Source of the DNA: Clostridia bacterium
GTDB taxonomy: Bacteria; Bacillota; Clostridia; Oscillospirales; CAG-272
Direction: 5' to 3'
Length of the DNA stretch: 64,000 nucleotides
NCBI GenBank assembly: GCA_017412045.1
Contig: JAFQOX010000105.1
Coordinates: forward strand, 43,120-107,119
Of this stretch, positions 47,532 to 56,101 are shown one piece after another. Position 1 is the stretch's first letter, and each line of letters starts with the position of its first letter. The position numbers were made by a program, and so were the translations under genes. Below the pieces are notes generated by a model, which was given only the letters and a program-made list of their open reading frames with translations, was not told the DNA's origin and ran no database searches.

Positions 47532-50500
47532 ATGCTCTATCAAAAAACGAAAGCAGAAAAACTCGACATCGGTTTATTTCAAAACCCAACGAAAGAATAT
47601 CGCGCGGCACCCTTCTGGTCATGGAACTGCGAGCTGAAAAAAGATGTTCTCGAAAAGCAAATAGAAATCATGAAGGAAATGGGCTTCGGCGGCTATTATA
47701 TGCATACGCGCGTCGGTATGGCAACGCCCTATCTTTCCGATGAATTCATGGATCTGATCGGCGCTTGTATCGAAAAAGGCAAAGAGATCGGCATGAACTC
47801 TTATCTTTACGACGAGGACCGTTGGCCATCCGGAACGGCCGGCGGCTTTACCGTCAAGGCTTCCGAGGAAAACAAACAAAAATTTCTCTTTTTTACGTAT
47901 CGTCCCTATAACGACGGATCGCTGACGCTGGAGAGCGATATTGCCAAAGCAAAAGAAGTGACCGACGAAAAATTCAAGTTTCTCGCCTGCTTCGATATTC
48001 TTCTGAATGCCGAAAGCAAATTGGTTTCCTACAGAAGGATCAATATCGGCGACGCGGCGGAGAGCGGGCATGAGAAATGGTTTGCCTATATGGAATACGG
48101 CGATTATTGTGACGTTATGCGCAAGGAAACCATTGACACGTTCATTGATTTGACGCACGAGCGCTATAAGGAACGCTTCGGACACGAATTTCAGACCAAT
48201 GCGCCCACGATTTTCACGGACGAGCCCCAGATGTATCCGAAAAAGGTGCTGGAGCACGCCTCTGATAAAACGGATGTCCGTTTACCTTATACCAACGATT
48301 TCGATGAAACCTTCGCGGAGAAATACGGCGTTCATATAGAGGATCACTTTCCCGTCCTCGTATGGGAAAGCGCCGACGGATCCGTTTCTCCCATACGTTA
48401 TTATTATCACGACCACTCCACGGAACGCTTCGCAGAAGCGTTTTGTGACAACGTCGGCAGATGGTGCGGAGAGAACGGAATCATTTTCACGGGACATATG
48501 ATGAACGAAGTGTCTCTTTACAGCCAGACGACCTCCGTCGGCGAGGCAATGCGCCATTACAGAGGCTTCCAGCTTCCCGGCATCGATATGCTCTGCGACT
48601 ACAGAGAGCTCAATACCGCAAAGCAAGCGCAGAGCGCCGCCCGTCAATACGGCAAGGAAGGTGTGATGAGCGAGCTTTACGGCGTGACAAACTGGGATTT
48701 TGATTTCCGCGGACACAAATTACAGGGTGACTGGCAGGCGGCAATGGGAATCACGCACAGAGTTCCACATCTTTACTGGGTATCTATGGGGGGAGAAGCC
48801 AAACGCGATTATCCCGCTTCAATCGGTCATCAATCGCCGTGGTACAAAGAGTATTCCCATATCGAGGATCACTTTGCCCGCGTGAATACCGTTATGACGA
48901 GAGGAACGCCCGACGTCCGTATCGCCGTGATTCATCCGATCGAATCGTATTGGATTCATTTCGGACCTGCGGATCAAACGGGCACGCACCGCTCCGATAT
49001 TGGCGACCGCTTCGAAAATATCACAAAATGGCTTCTTTTCGGTTTGCACGATTTTGATTTCGTGGCGGAATCCTTGCTCCCTGAACAGTATCGGGAATCT
49101 GAAGACGGCTTTGTGATCGGCGAAATGAAGTATCAGACCGTAATCGTCCCCTATACGGAAACCATTCGCCGTACCACGCTCGAGGCGTTGAAAAAATTCC
49201 GTGCGGCGGGCGGTGAGGTTATTTTCATGGGAAAAGCGCCGATCTACGTCGATGCCGTTCCCTCCGACGAGCCGAGCGCATTCGCTGCACAGTGCAAAAC
49301 CATTCCGTGGTCCGAATCCGCTTTGCTGGAGGCCGTAGAGCACAACCGCTTCCTGGACATCAGAAAAAGGGACGGTTATCCGCCCTCCAATATCATTTAT
49401 CAGCTCCGAAACGATAACGGCTGTAAGCACCTCTTTCTCAGCCACGTCTATAAGACGGATTACGACACGGCGCCCGTGGTCACGACTTCCGTTACGCTGA
49501 AGGGTGAATGGAGCGTTTCGGAATACGATACCATGAAGGGAGAAAAACGCCGCGTTCCCGTCGTCTACAGAAACGGCAATACCGTATTTCCATGGGCGCA
49601 AGCCGTTTGCGACTCTCTCCTTCTGGAATTGAAGGAAGGAAGGGATGCGGAAGCGGGCGACGCTTTTTATCGGGATCCTCGTTATATCAAGGTGGAATAT
49701 CCCGCGCATCGGGCTTCCTATGAGATGGAAGAGCCGAACGTATTGCTTCTCGACCGTCCAAGCTTTTCCTTCAGAGGAAGCGAATGGAGTGAGCCGACGG
49801 ACGTTCTGAAGATCGACGATGCGGTCCGCCGTATCATCGGTGATACCACTAACACCGTCAGCCGCAGAAAGAGACCTCAGCCGTGGCAGCTTCCTCTCGA
49901 TAAAAATCCAAAGGAAGTCGTCTCTCTCCGTTTCACGGTGGAATCGGATATCGAATACGAGGGCGCGCTTCTCGCGCTGGAGTATCCGCAGTATTCCGAA
50001 ATTTTCTTTAACGGCGTTTCCGTTCCCGTAGAAATCGAAGGCACTTACGTGGACGATTCCATCTCGACGGTACGCCTCCCCAAAATCGAGAAGGGAGAAA
50101 ACGAGCTCATCATCCGCCTCCGCTACGGCAATATCGACTCCGTGGAATCCTACTATATTCTCGGCAAGTTCGGCGTGGAGGTACACGGCTATTACGCGAA
50201 GATCACCGCGCTTCCCGATTACCTGTGCTTTGAAAGCATCACCAATCAGAAGATGGGCTTTTACGGCGGTAATCTGAAATATTCCTTCAAAATGAACGGC
50301 GGCGGCAAAAAGACGATCGAAGTCTCCAAATACCGCGGTGCCGTTATCAAGGTTCTGGTTGACGGCGAAGAAAAGGGATATATTGACTTCCCGCCGCACA
50401 GACTTCCGCTCGGGGAATTGAGCGAGGGAGAACACACCGTCGAGCTGATCCTTTACGGCAACCGTATGAACACGTTCGGTCAGCTCCATAAGACCGACGA

Positions 50501-50618
50501 GCATCTGGCATGGACGGGTCCCGACTCTTGGCGTACGAAGGGCAGATTCTGGACTGATGAATACATGCTTACAAGAACCGGTATTCTTACCGCTCCGCGT
50601 ATTCTGACGGAAGAATGA
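47532..50618 (+). CDS. Large putative glycoside hydrolase (family not assignable by eye)
   Basis: 1028 aa from ATG 47532 (RBS GGAGAGG). The N-terminal R.APFWSWN..L....L..QI..MKEMGFGGYYMH.R.G pattern is seen in large bacterial glycosidases. No signal peptide. Confidence 0.5.
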   Translation: MLYQKTKAEKLDIGLFQNPTKEYRAAPFWSWNCELKKDVLEKQIEIMKEMGFGGYYMHTRVGMATPYLSDEFMDLIGACIEKGKEIGMNSYLYDEDRWPSGTAGGFTVKASEENKQKFLFFTYRPYNDGSLTLESDIAKAKEVTDEKFKFLACFDILLNAESKLVSYRRINIGDAAESGHEKWFAYMEYGDYCDVMRKETIDTFIDLTHERYKERFGHEFQTNAPTIFTDEPQMYPKKVLEHASDKTDVRLPYTNDFDETFAEKYGVHIEDHFPVLVWESADGSVSPIRYYYHDHSTERFAEAFCDNVGRWCGENGIIFTGHMMNEVSLYSQTTSVGEAMRHYRGFQLPGIDMLCDYRELNTAKQAQSAARQYGKEGVMSELYGVTNWDFDFRGHKLQGDWQAAMGITHRVPHLYWVSMGGEAKRDYPASIGHQSPWYKEYSHIEDHFARVNTVMTRGTPDVRIAVIHPIESYWIHFGPADQTGTHRSDIGDRFENITKWLLFGLHDFDFVAESLLPEQYRESEDGFVIGEMKYQTVIVPYTETIRRTTLEALKKFRAAGGEVIFMGKAPIYVDAVPSDEPSAFAAQCKTIPWSESALLEAVEHNRFLDIRKRDGYPPSNIIYQLRNDNGCKHLFLSHVYKTDYDTAPVVTTSVTLKGEWSVSEYDTMKGEKRRVPVVYRNGNTVFPWAQAVCDSLLLELKEGRDAEAGDAFYRDPRYIKVEYPAHRASYEMEEPNVLLLDRPSFSFRGSEWSEPTDVLKIDDAVRRIIGDTTNTVSRRKRPQPWQLPLDKNPKEVVSLRFTVESDIEYEGALLALEYPQYSEIFFNGVSVPVEIEGTYVDDSISTVRLPKIEKGENELIIRLRYGNIDSVESYYILGKFGVEVHGYYAKITALPDYLCFESITNQKMGFYGGNLKYSFKMNGGGKKTIEVSKYRGAVIKVLVDGEEKGYIDFPPHRLPLGELSEGEHTVELILYGNRMNTFGQLHKTDEHLAWTGPDSWRTKGRFWTDEYMLTRTGILTAPRILTEE

Positions 50619-50645
50619 TACAGATATCTTGATATTTATCATAAA

Positions 50646-50698
50646 AGAGCAGGGTCAGGGGGCTTTATGCCTCTGCCATACCTGCTCTTTTCGTTTTG
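50646..50698 (+). terminator. Intrinsic terminator after the glycosidase-like gene
   Basis: AGAGCAGG...CCTGCTCT followed by TTTCGTTTTG. Confidence 0.65.
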
Positions 50699-50807
50699 AT
50701 CACCTATAGATTTTTCAATTATACAAAATAAAAATTATTATATAATTCAAGAAAAAAGAAGAGCTTGAAGCGGGATCGAGTCCCTTTTCAAGCCCTTTAT
50801 GAAAATA

Positions 50808-51977
50808 TCATTCGAAAATGAGATCTGCTTCTTCTTGAACCAGATCAGTCTCTGCTTTCATGTCGTTTTCGATGTCAGCGATAACGTGGTCACCGATCAT
50901 ACCGGCGGCATAGGTGGAGAAGGATTCGCGTAGGAGTGCTTTGATTTTCTCTGTCTTTTCCTCGTTTGTAAGCAGGGAGATCGCCTCATCTGCCAAGCCC
51001 TCCAGCGTATCCGCACTGACGGCAAATTCGTTGTTCAGGAAGAAATCCAGGTTTCTCGTTTCACAGCCCGCTACGACATTCAGAAGAACCATCGGGAGCA
51101 ATTTGGTCGCGGACTCCGTGGAGCTGAGACCGCCCGGCTTCGTCATAACGACGTCGCAGGCATCCATATAGACGTTCATTTTATTGGTAAAGCCGATTAC
51201 GCGGAGATTGGGGTCGGAGGAAAGCTTCTCAAATTTATTGACAAGCTTTTCGTTGCTTCCGCAAACAACGATCAGCTTCGCATCTGCGGGCAACTTTTTC
51301 AAAAGCTCTTTACCGAGCTTATAGACGGGACCGCAACCCATACTGCCGCACATCAGAAGAATGACGCGTTTATCCTTCGGCAAGCCCAGAAAATCCCTCG
51401 CCTTTTCCTTGGAAATGGATTTGTGGAATGCGCGCTTGATCGGAATTCCCGTCGGAATCAAAAGATTTTCGTTGACACCGTAATTGAGATAGTCGGGGAT
51501 CAGATATTTATGCGCAATGAAAAACGCATCTGCCTTGACTTCCTCAATACCGGGGTAAGAGGCGTAATCCGTCGCAATGAAATAGGAGCGGATTGAGAGA
51601 TTATAGCATTTTTTCACCTCCGTCATCATCATGCAAGCAAAAACGTGTGTGCAAAGTACGGCATCAAACTGATTTTCGCTCAGATAGCCGTACAGTCTTT
51701 CCGTTCCTCTTTTCATGATGGCGTACGTCAAGGATTCGGTTCCCGGCTTGGAGGGGTGGTTTTCCACAAACTTATAGCCCGCTCCAAACAAGCCCGGCGC
51801 CTTTTTATAAAGTAATATATGCCCTTTGCTGATAATATCCGATTTCAAACGGGAATCAAACGCCAGCGCGTCCTGAATCTCGCTGAAAATATTGCGGGAA
51901 TCAAAATATTCCTTAACTGCCGCTGCGGCAGAATTGTGTCCGCCGCCCGTATTACAGGAAAGAATCAAAATTTTCAT
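50808..51977 (-). CDS. MGDG-synthase-family glycosyltransferase (UgtP-like diacylglycerol glycosyltransferase, GT28)
   Basis: 389 aa. N-terminal MKILILSCNTGGGHNSAA motif of the MGDG synthase family. Confidence 0.8.
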   Translation of the reverse strand: MKILILSCNTGGGHNSAAAAVKEYFDSRNIFSEIQDALAFDSRLKSDIISKGHILLYKKAPGLFGAGYKFVENHPSKPGTESLTYAIMKRGTERLYGYLSENQFDAVLCTHVFACMMMTEVKKCYNLSIRSYFIATDYASYPGIEEVKADAFFIAHKYLIPDYLNYGVNENLLIPTGIPIKRAFHKSISKEKARDFLGLPKDKRVILLMCGSMGCGPVYKLGKELLKKLPADAKLIVVCGSNEKLVNKFEKLSSDPNLRVIGFTNKMNVYMDACDVVMTKPGGLSSTESATKLLPMVLLNVVAGCETRNLDFFLNNEFAVSADTLEGLADEAISLLTNEEKTEKIKALLRESFSTYAAGMIGDHVIADIENDMKAETDLVQEEADLIFE

Positions 51978-52021
51978 GCATGAAACACCTCCGAATCGGT
52001 ATTGAAAAATATATTTTCTAC

Positions 52022-52050
52022 ATTATACCACAACAGTGAAAAAAAATCAA
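52022..52050 (-). promoter_or_regulatory. Sigma-A-type promoter (extended -10) of the glycosyltransferase gene
   Basis: Minus strand TTGATT-17 nt-TATAAT with TGg upstream of the -10. Confidence 0.5.
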
Positions 52051-52094
52051 TCGTTTTTTCCGTTGTCGCCGTATTTTTTTGATTTTCTCCAAAA

Positions 52095-52201
52095 GTAAAA
52101 AGCGGCGAATCGCCGCTGATGGTTGCCGCCGTATCGCAGTTGATTACGACTCCGTACATGGCTCGACGGCGGATCTGATTTGCGTAATTTCCTATGGTAT
52201 A
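52095..52201 (-). repeat. Structured intergenic element, copy B2 (most divergent)
   Basis: Element strand: ATACCATAGGAAATTACGCAAAT..CCGCCG..AACTGCGATA-CGGCGG..GCGGCG-att-CGCCGC-TTTTTA. Confidence 0.75.
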
Positions 52202-52326
52202 AAAAGCGGGCAACGCCCGCTGGAAAACTGCTTGCTCTGCAAGCTGTGTGCTCGCCGATCGCAGTTAAGACTGTATCCAAACGATATAAACGGCGAGGTT
52301 CTATTTTCGCAATTTCCTATGGTATA
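52199..52326 (-). repeat. Structured intergenic element, copy B1
   Basis: Nearly identical to copy C (57384-57512) over more than 100 nt. It ends in GCGGGC-gtt-GCCCGC-TTTTT, which runs directly into copy B2. Confidence 0.85.
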
Positions 52327-52366
52327 AAAAAACCGCCTTGACGAAGCTTTCGCCAAGGCGGTTTTT
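52325..52366 (-). terminator. Intrinsic terminator after the YbjN-like gene
   Basis: Minus strand ACCGCCTTG-gcgaaagcttcgt-CAAGGCGGT followed by TTTTTTT. Confidence 0.75.
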
Positions 52367-52389
52367 ACTTTACGGATCGGAAACCGCAA

Positions 52390-52866
52390 TTATTCGTTTT
52401 CCTTATCGATGAACTGCTTAACCGTCATCAAGCCTTTGGAAATCATGAAGAATTTTTCGTTATACTGATCGGATGTAAACGCGGTCAAAAGGATCATGCG
52501 TTCCAGCACGTCGTCGCTGGGAATTCCATCTCGATAGGTTGCGGTCATTCTGAATCTGATTTCGCCGTCACTCAAATCGTAATCAAAGGAGCCTTCAACA
52601 AGACCGTAGTTTGCAACGTTGACGGCAATCGCGGCATCGACGCGCTTTTCTTCGGTGATGTAGAAAGGCATAATTGACAAAACCTGTACAACTTCGTTTT
52701 TGGGCTTAACGACAACGATGAAGTTTACGGGAAGGCTATCGCCCTTGATCGTTCCCTTGACCATCAGCTTTTCTTCGTATTTATCGTACTTCCAGTCGCG
52801 ATCATCCAACATTTCAACCAGCGCGTCAAAAACTTCGGTTGCTTTATCCATGTTTACTTCTGACAT
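52390..52866 (-). CDS. YbjN-domain protein (putative chaperone-like/sensory transduction regulator family)
   Basis: 158 aa. Acidic, with a DRDWKYD... F.V....N..V.V......I.E pattern resembling the YbjN family. RBS GGAGGAG. Confidence 0.55.
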   Translation of the reverse strand: MSEVNMDKATEVFDALVEMLDDRDWKYDKYEEKLMVKGTIKGDSLPVNFIVVVKPKNEVVQVLSIMPFYITEEKRVDAAIAVNVANYGLVEGSFDYDLSDGEIRFRMTATYRDGIPSDDVLERMILLTAFTSDQYNEKFFMISKGLMTVKQFIDKENE

Positions 52867-53056
52867 TTCTTCTCCTCCAAATTTCTGAATTATTTATAAT
52901 CAGGCAAAAGCCGAATTATTCGTATCAAGATCGTACGAGAACGATTTCAAAATCGAAAGCGTAATCTGTATTAGTTATTATACTATATATACGAAATTTT
53001 GTCAATATAAATGGGAAAATATATTCATATTTTCCAAAAAATAATTGACTTTTCTA

Positions 53057-53085
53057 TTTACAAATATTTCTTGTTATGCTATAAT
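53057..53085 (+). promoter_or_regulatory. Sigma-A-type promoter of the hydrogenase-maturation operon
   Basis: TTTACA-17 nt-TATAAT (TGc upstream of the -10), about 165 nt upstream of ATG 53252. Confidence 0.55.
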
Positions 53086-53180
53086 AGAGAAGATTCCTGA
53101 CATTAAGCCGCGCGCTGCGTGAAAGGATGCGAACAAATGAAATGATGCCAAAGCAATCTCTTGATTTGGCTCTTATTCTT

Positions 53181-53217
53181 ATGCCGCATCCCGATTCGGG
53201 TGCGGCATTTATGTTTC
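53181..53217 (+). terminator. Leader terminator/attenuator upstream of the hydrogenase-maturation operon
   Basis: ATGCCGCATCCCG-att-CGGGTGCGGCAT followed by TTATGTTT. The upstream GGATGCG (53125-53131) can pair with CGCATCC (53185-53191). Confidence 0.5.
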
Positions 53218-53251
53218 TAAGGAATCCAATCAAAAGAAAGGTAGGTTTGAT

Positions 53252-53512
53252 ATGATGGAAACTCGTGTTGCAGTCATGAGCATTATCGTAGAAAACGGGG
53301 CAGCCGCAGAGCAGATCAACGCTCTCCTGCACGAAAGCGGCGAATACATTATCGGCAGAATGGGCATTCCCTATCGGAAGCGCGGCATCAATATCATCAG
53401 TATCGCGCTGGATGCGCCTCAGAATAAAATTTCCGCTCTGTCCGGGAAGATCGGCAATCTGCCGGGCGTGAGCGTAAAGACCGCTTATTCCGGCGTTTTG
53501 AGCAATGAATAA
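53252..53512 (+). CDS. TM1266-family iron-only hydrogenase system regulator (ACT-like)
   Basis: 86 aa. RVAVMSIIVEN......IN.LLHE....IIGRMGIPYR.RGINIISI..DAP...I..L.GK pattern. Located immediately upstream of hydE/G/F. Confidence 0.8.
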   Translation: MMETRVAVMSIIVENGAAAEQINALLHESGEYIIGRMGIPYRKRGINIISIALDAPQNKISALSGKIGNLPGVSVKTAYSGVLSNE

Positions 53513-54554
53513 GAACGTCTTTGACCTGATCGACAGCCTTTGCACGGAGCGTAGCCTCACCTTATCCGAATATCAATCTCTGATCGACGGCAGAACGCCC
53601 GCACTTGCGGAATACGCCGCAGAGCGCGCTGTACGGGCACGCAAGGAAATCTATGGAAATCAGGTCTTTATCCGAGGTCTGATCGAGATCAGCAACGTCT
53701 GTAAAAACGATTGCCTTTACTGCGGTATACGGAGAAGCAACCGCCGTTGCGACCGTTACCGACTGACAGCAGAAGATATTCTCGGCTGTTGCGCGGAGGG
53801 CTATCGGCTCGGCTTCCGCACCTTCGTTCTGCAAGGCGGAGAGGACGGTTATTTCAACGATGACTTTTTATGCGAGCTTCTGCGAGCGATCAAGGGCAGT
53901 TATCCCGATTGCGCCGTCACGCTTTCCTTGGGAGAGCGCACGCGCGAAAGCTATGAGAAATTACGCGCGGCAGGCGCTGACCGTTATCTCCTGCGCCACG
54001 AAACGGCGGACAAGGCACATTACGAAGCCCTGCATCCCTCGGAGATGTCCTTTGACGAGCGTATGCGCTGCCTTTATGATCTGAAGGATCTCGGATATCA
54101 GGTGGGATGCGGCTTTATGGTGGGCTCTCCGCGCCAGACCTCTGCGCATTTGGCGAAGGATCTGAAGTTCATTGAGCAATTTTCTCCCCATATGTGCGGA
54201 ATCGGCCCCTTTATTCCCCAATCGGATACCCCCTTCGGCAAGGAAAATGCAGGCACTCTGGAGCTGACCTGCTATCTGCTCTCGCTCCTGCGCCTGATTA
54301 AGCCGAATCTTCTACTGCCGTCCACGACCGCGTTGGGAACGATCCACCCCTTCGGGCGTGAGATGGGAATCCAAGCGGGCGCAAACGTGGTGATGCCGAA
54401 CCTCTCTCCGGGCAACGTCAGAAAAAAATACGCGCTTTATAACAATAAGCTCTCCGACGGCTCGGAATCCGCGCAATGCAAAGCCGAACTCGCCTCGAGA
54501 ATGGCATCCATCGGATACGAGGTCGTGACCGACCGCGGCGATATGAAACGATAA
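53505..54554 (+). CDS. hydE: [FeFe]-hydrogenase H-cluster radical SAM maturase HydE
   Basis: 349 aa. Biotin-synthase-like radical SAM CKNDCLYCGIR. In operon with hydG/hydF. Confidence 0.9.
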   Translation: MNKNVFDLIDSLCTERSLTLSEYQSLIDGRTPALAEYAAERAVRARKEIYGNQVFIRGLIEISNVCKNDCLYCGIRRSNRRCDRYRLTAEDILGCCAEGYRLGFRTFVLQGGEDGYFNDDFLCELLRAIKGSYPDCAVTLSLGERTRESYEKLRAAGADRYLLRHETADKAHYEALHPSEMSFDERMRCLYDLKDLGYQVGCGFMVGSPRQTSAHLAKDLKFIEQFSPHMCGIGPFIPQSDTPFGKENAGTLELTCYLLSLLRLIKPNLLLPSTTALGTIHPFGREMGIQAGANVVMPNLSPGNVRKKYALYNNKLSDGSESAQCKAELASRMASIGYEVVTDRGDMKR

Positions 54555-54628
54555 GATTGATTTATCTTTTCAAATTTTCAAAAACATCTAAAGAGGAAGA
54601 GTAATCTGACTCCAAGAAAGGAACAACC

Positions 54629-56086
54629 ATGAAAAATTACAATCCCAAATCCATGAAAGCAGAGGAATTCATTTCCGACGCGGAAATCCTTGATACGCTG
54701 GCGTATGCCGAAGCGAACAAAAACAATCTGCCCCTGATCGAGCAAATTCTCGAAAAGGCAAGACCGCAAAAGACCGCAACGGGACATGTCTGCGCGGGAC
54801 TTACGCACAGAGAAGCCTCCGTTCTGCTTGCGTGCGAGATCCCTGAGGTCACTGAAAAAATTTATCGGATCGCGGAAGAAATCAAGCTTGCCTTCTACGG
54901 CAACCGCATCGTGATCTTCGCTCCGCTCTATCTTTCCAACTACTGTGTCAACGGCTGCGTCTATTGCCCGTACCATCTGAAGAATAAAACGATTCCGAGA
55001 AAGAAGCTGACGCAGGAGGAGATCAAAGCGGAGGTCATCGCGCTTCAGGACATGGGTCATAAGCGCCTCGCGATCGAATCGGGCGAGGATCCCGTCAACA
55101 ATCCCATCGAATATATTCTGGAATGTATCAAGACGATCTACAGCGTACATCATAAAAACGGAGATATCCGCAGAGTCAACGTCAATATTGCGGCTACCAC
55201 GGTAGAAAACTACCGCAAGCTTAAGGAAGCGGGCATCGGAACCTACATTCTTTTTCAGGAAACCTATCACAAGGAAAGCTACGAGCAGCTTCACCCGACG
55301 GGTCCCAAGCACAATTACGCTTATCATACCGAAGCGATGGACAGAGCGATGGAGGGAGGTATTGACGACGTCGGACTCGGTGTTTTGTTCGGGCTGGAGC
55401 TTTATAAATACGAATTCGCAGGACTCCTTATGCACGCCGAGCATCTGGAAGCGGTTCACGGCGTCGGTCCGCATACCATCAGCGTGCCCCGTTTAAAGCG
55501 CGCTGACGACATTGATCCCGATCAGTTCGACAACGGCATCGATGACGAAACCTTTGCCAAAATCACAGCCTGCATCCGACTCGCCGTTCCTTATACGGGA
55601 ATCATCATTTCCACCCGTGAGAACGAGGCGGTCCGCACCAAGCTTCTGAATCTCGGCGTTTCACAGGTTTCGGGCGGATCGAGAACCTCCGTTGGCGGAT
55701 ACGCCAATTATACGGCGGACGAACGCCCACACGATACCGAGCAGTTTGACGTTTCGGATCAGCGCTCGCTGGACGAGGTCGTCCGCTGGCTGATGGAAAA
55801 CGGACATATTCCCTCCTTCTGTACGGCGTGCTATCGCGAGGGCCGTACGGGAGATCGCTTTATGAGCCTCTGCAAATCGGGTCAGATCCTGAACTGCTGT
55901 CATCCCAACGCACTGATGACGCTTTCCGAGTATCTGGAGGACTATGCCTCCGATAAAACCAAGTCCGTCGGATATAAGATGGTGGAAGAAGAGCTTAAGC
56001 GTATTCCCAAAGAAAAGGTGCGCAAAATCGCAGAACAGAATATCGCAGATATTAAAAATTCCAATCGAAGAGATTTTCGTTTTTAA
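54629..56086 (+). CDS. hydG: [FeFe]-hydrogenase H-cluster radical SAM maturase HydG
   Basis: 485 aa. ThiH-like radical SAM CVNGCVYCPY plus a C-terminal cysteine cluster (C..CYR...C). Confidence 0.92.
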   Translation: MKNYNPKSMKAEEFISDAEILDTLAYAEANKNNLPLIEQILEKARPQKTATGHVCAGLTHREASVLLACEIPEVTEKIYRIAEEIKLAFYGNRIVIFAPLYLSNYCVNGCVYCPYHLKNKTIPRKKLTQEEIKAEVIALQDMGHKRLAIESGEDPVNNPIEYILECIKTIYSVHHKNGDIRRVNVNIAATTVENYRKLKEAGIGTYILFQETYHKESYEQLHPTGPKHNYAYHTEAMDRAMEGGIDDVGLGVLFGLELYKYEFAGLLMHAEHLEAVHGVGPHTISVPRLKRADDIDPDQFDNGIDDETFAKITACIRLAVPYTGIIISTRENEAVRTKLLNLGVSQVSGGSRTSVGGYANYTADERPHDTEQFDVSDQRSLDEVVRWLMENGHIPSFCTACYREGRTGDRFMSLCKSGQILNCCHPNALMTLSEYLEDYASDKTKSVGYKMVEEELKRIPKEKVRKIAEQNIADIKNSNRRDFRF

Positions 56087-56101
56087 GGAAAGGAGCATTT
56101 T

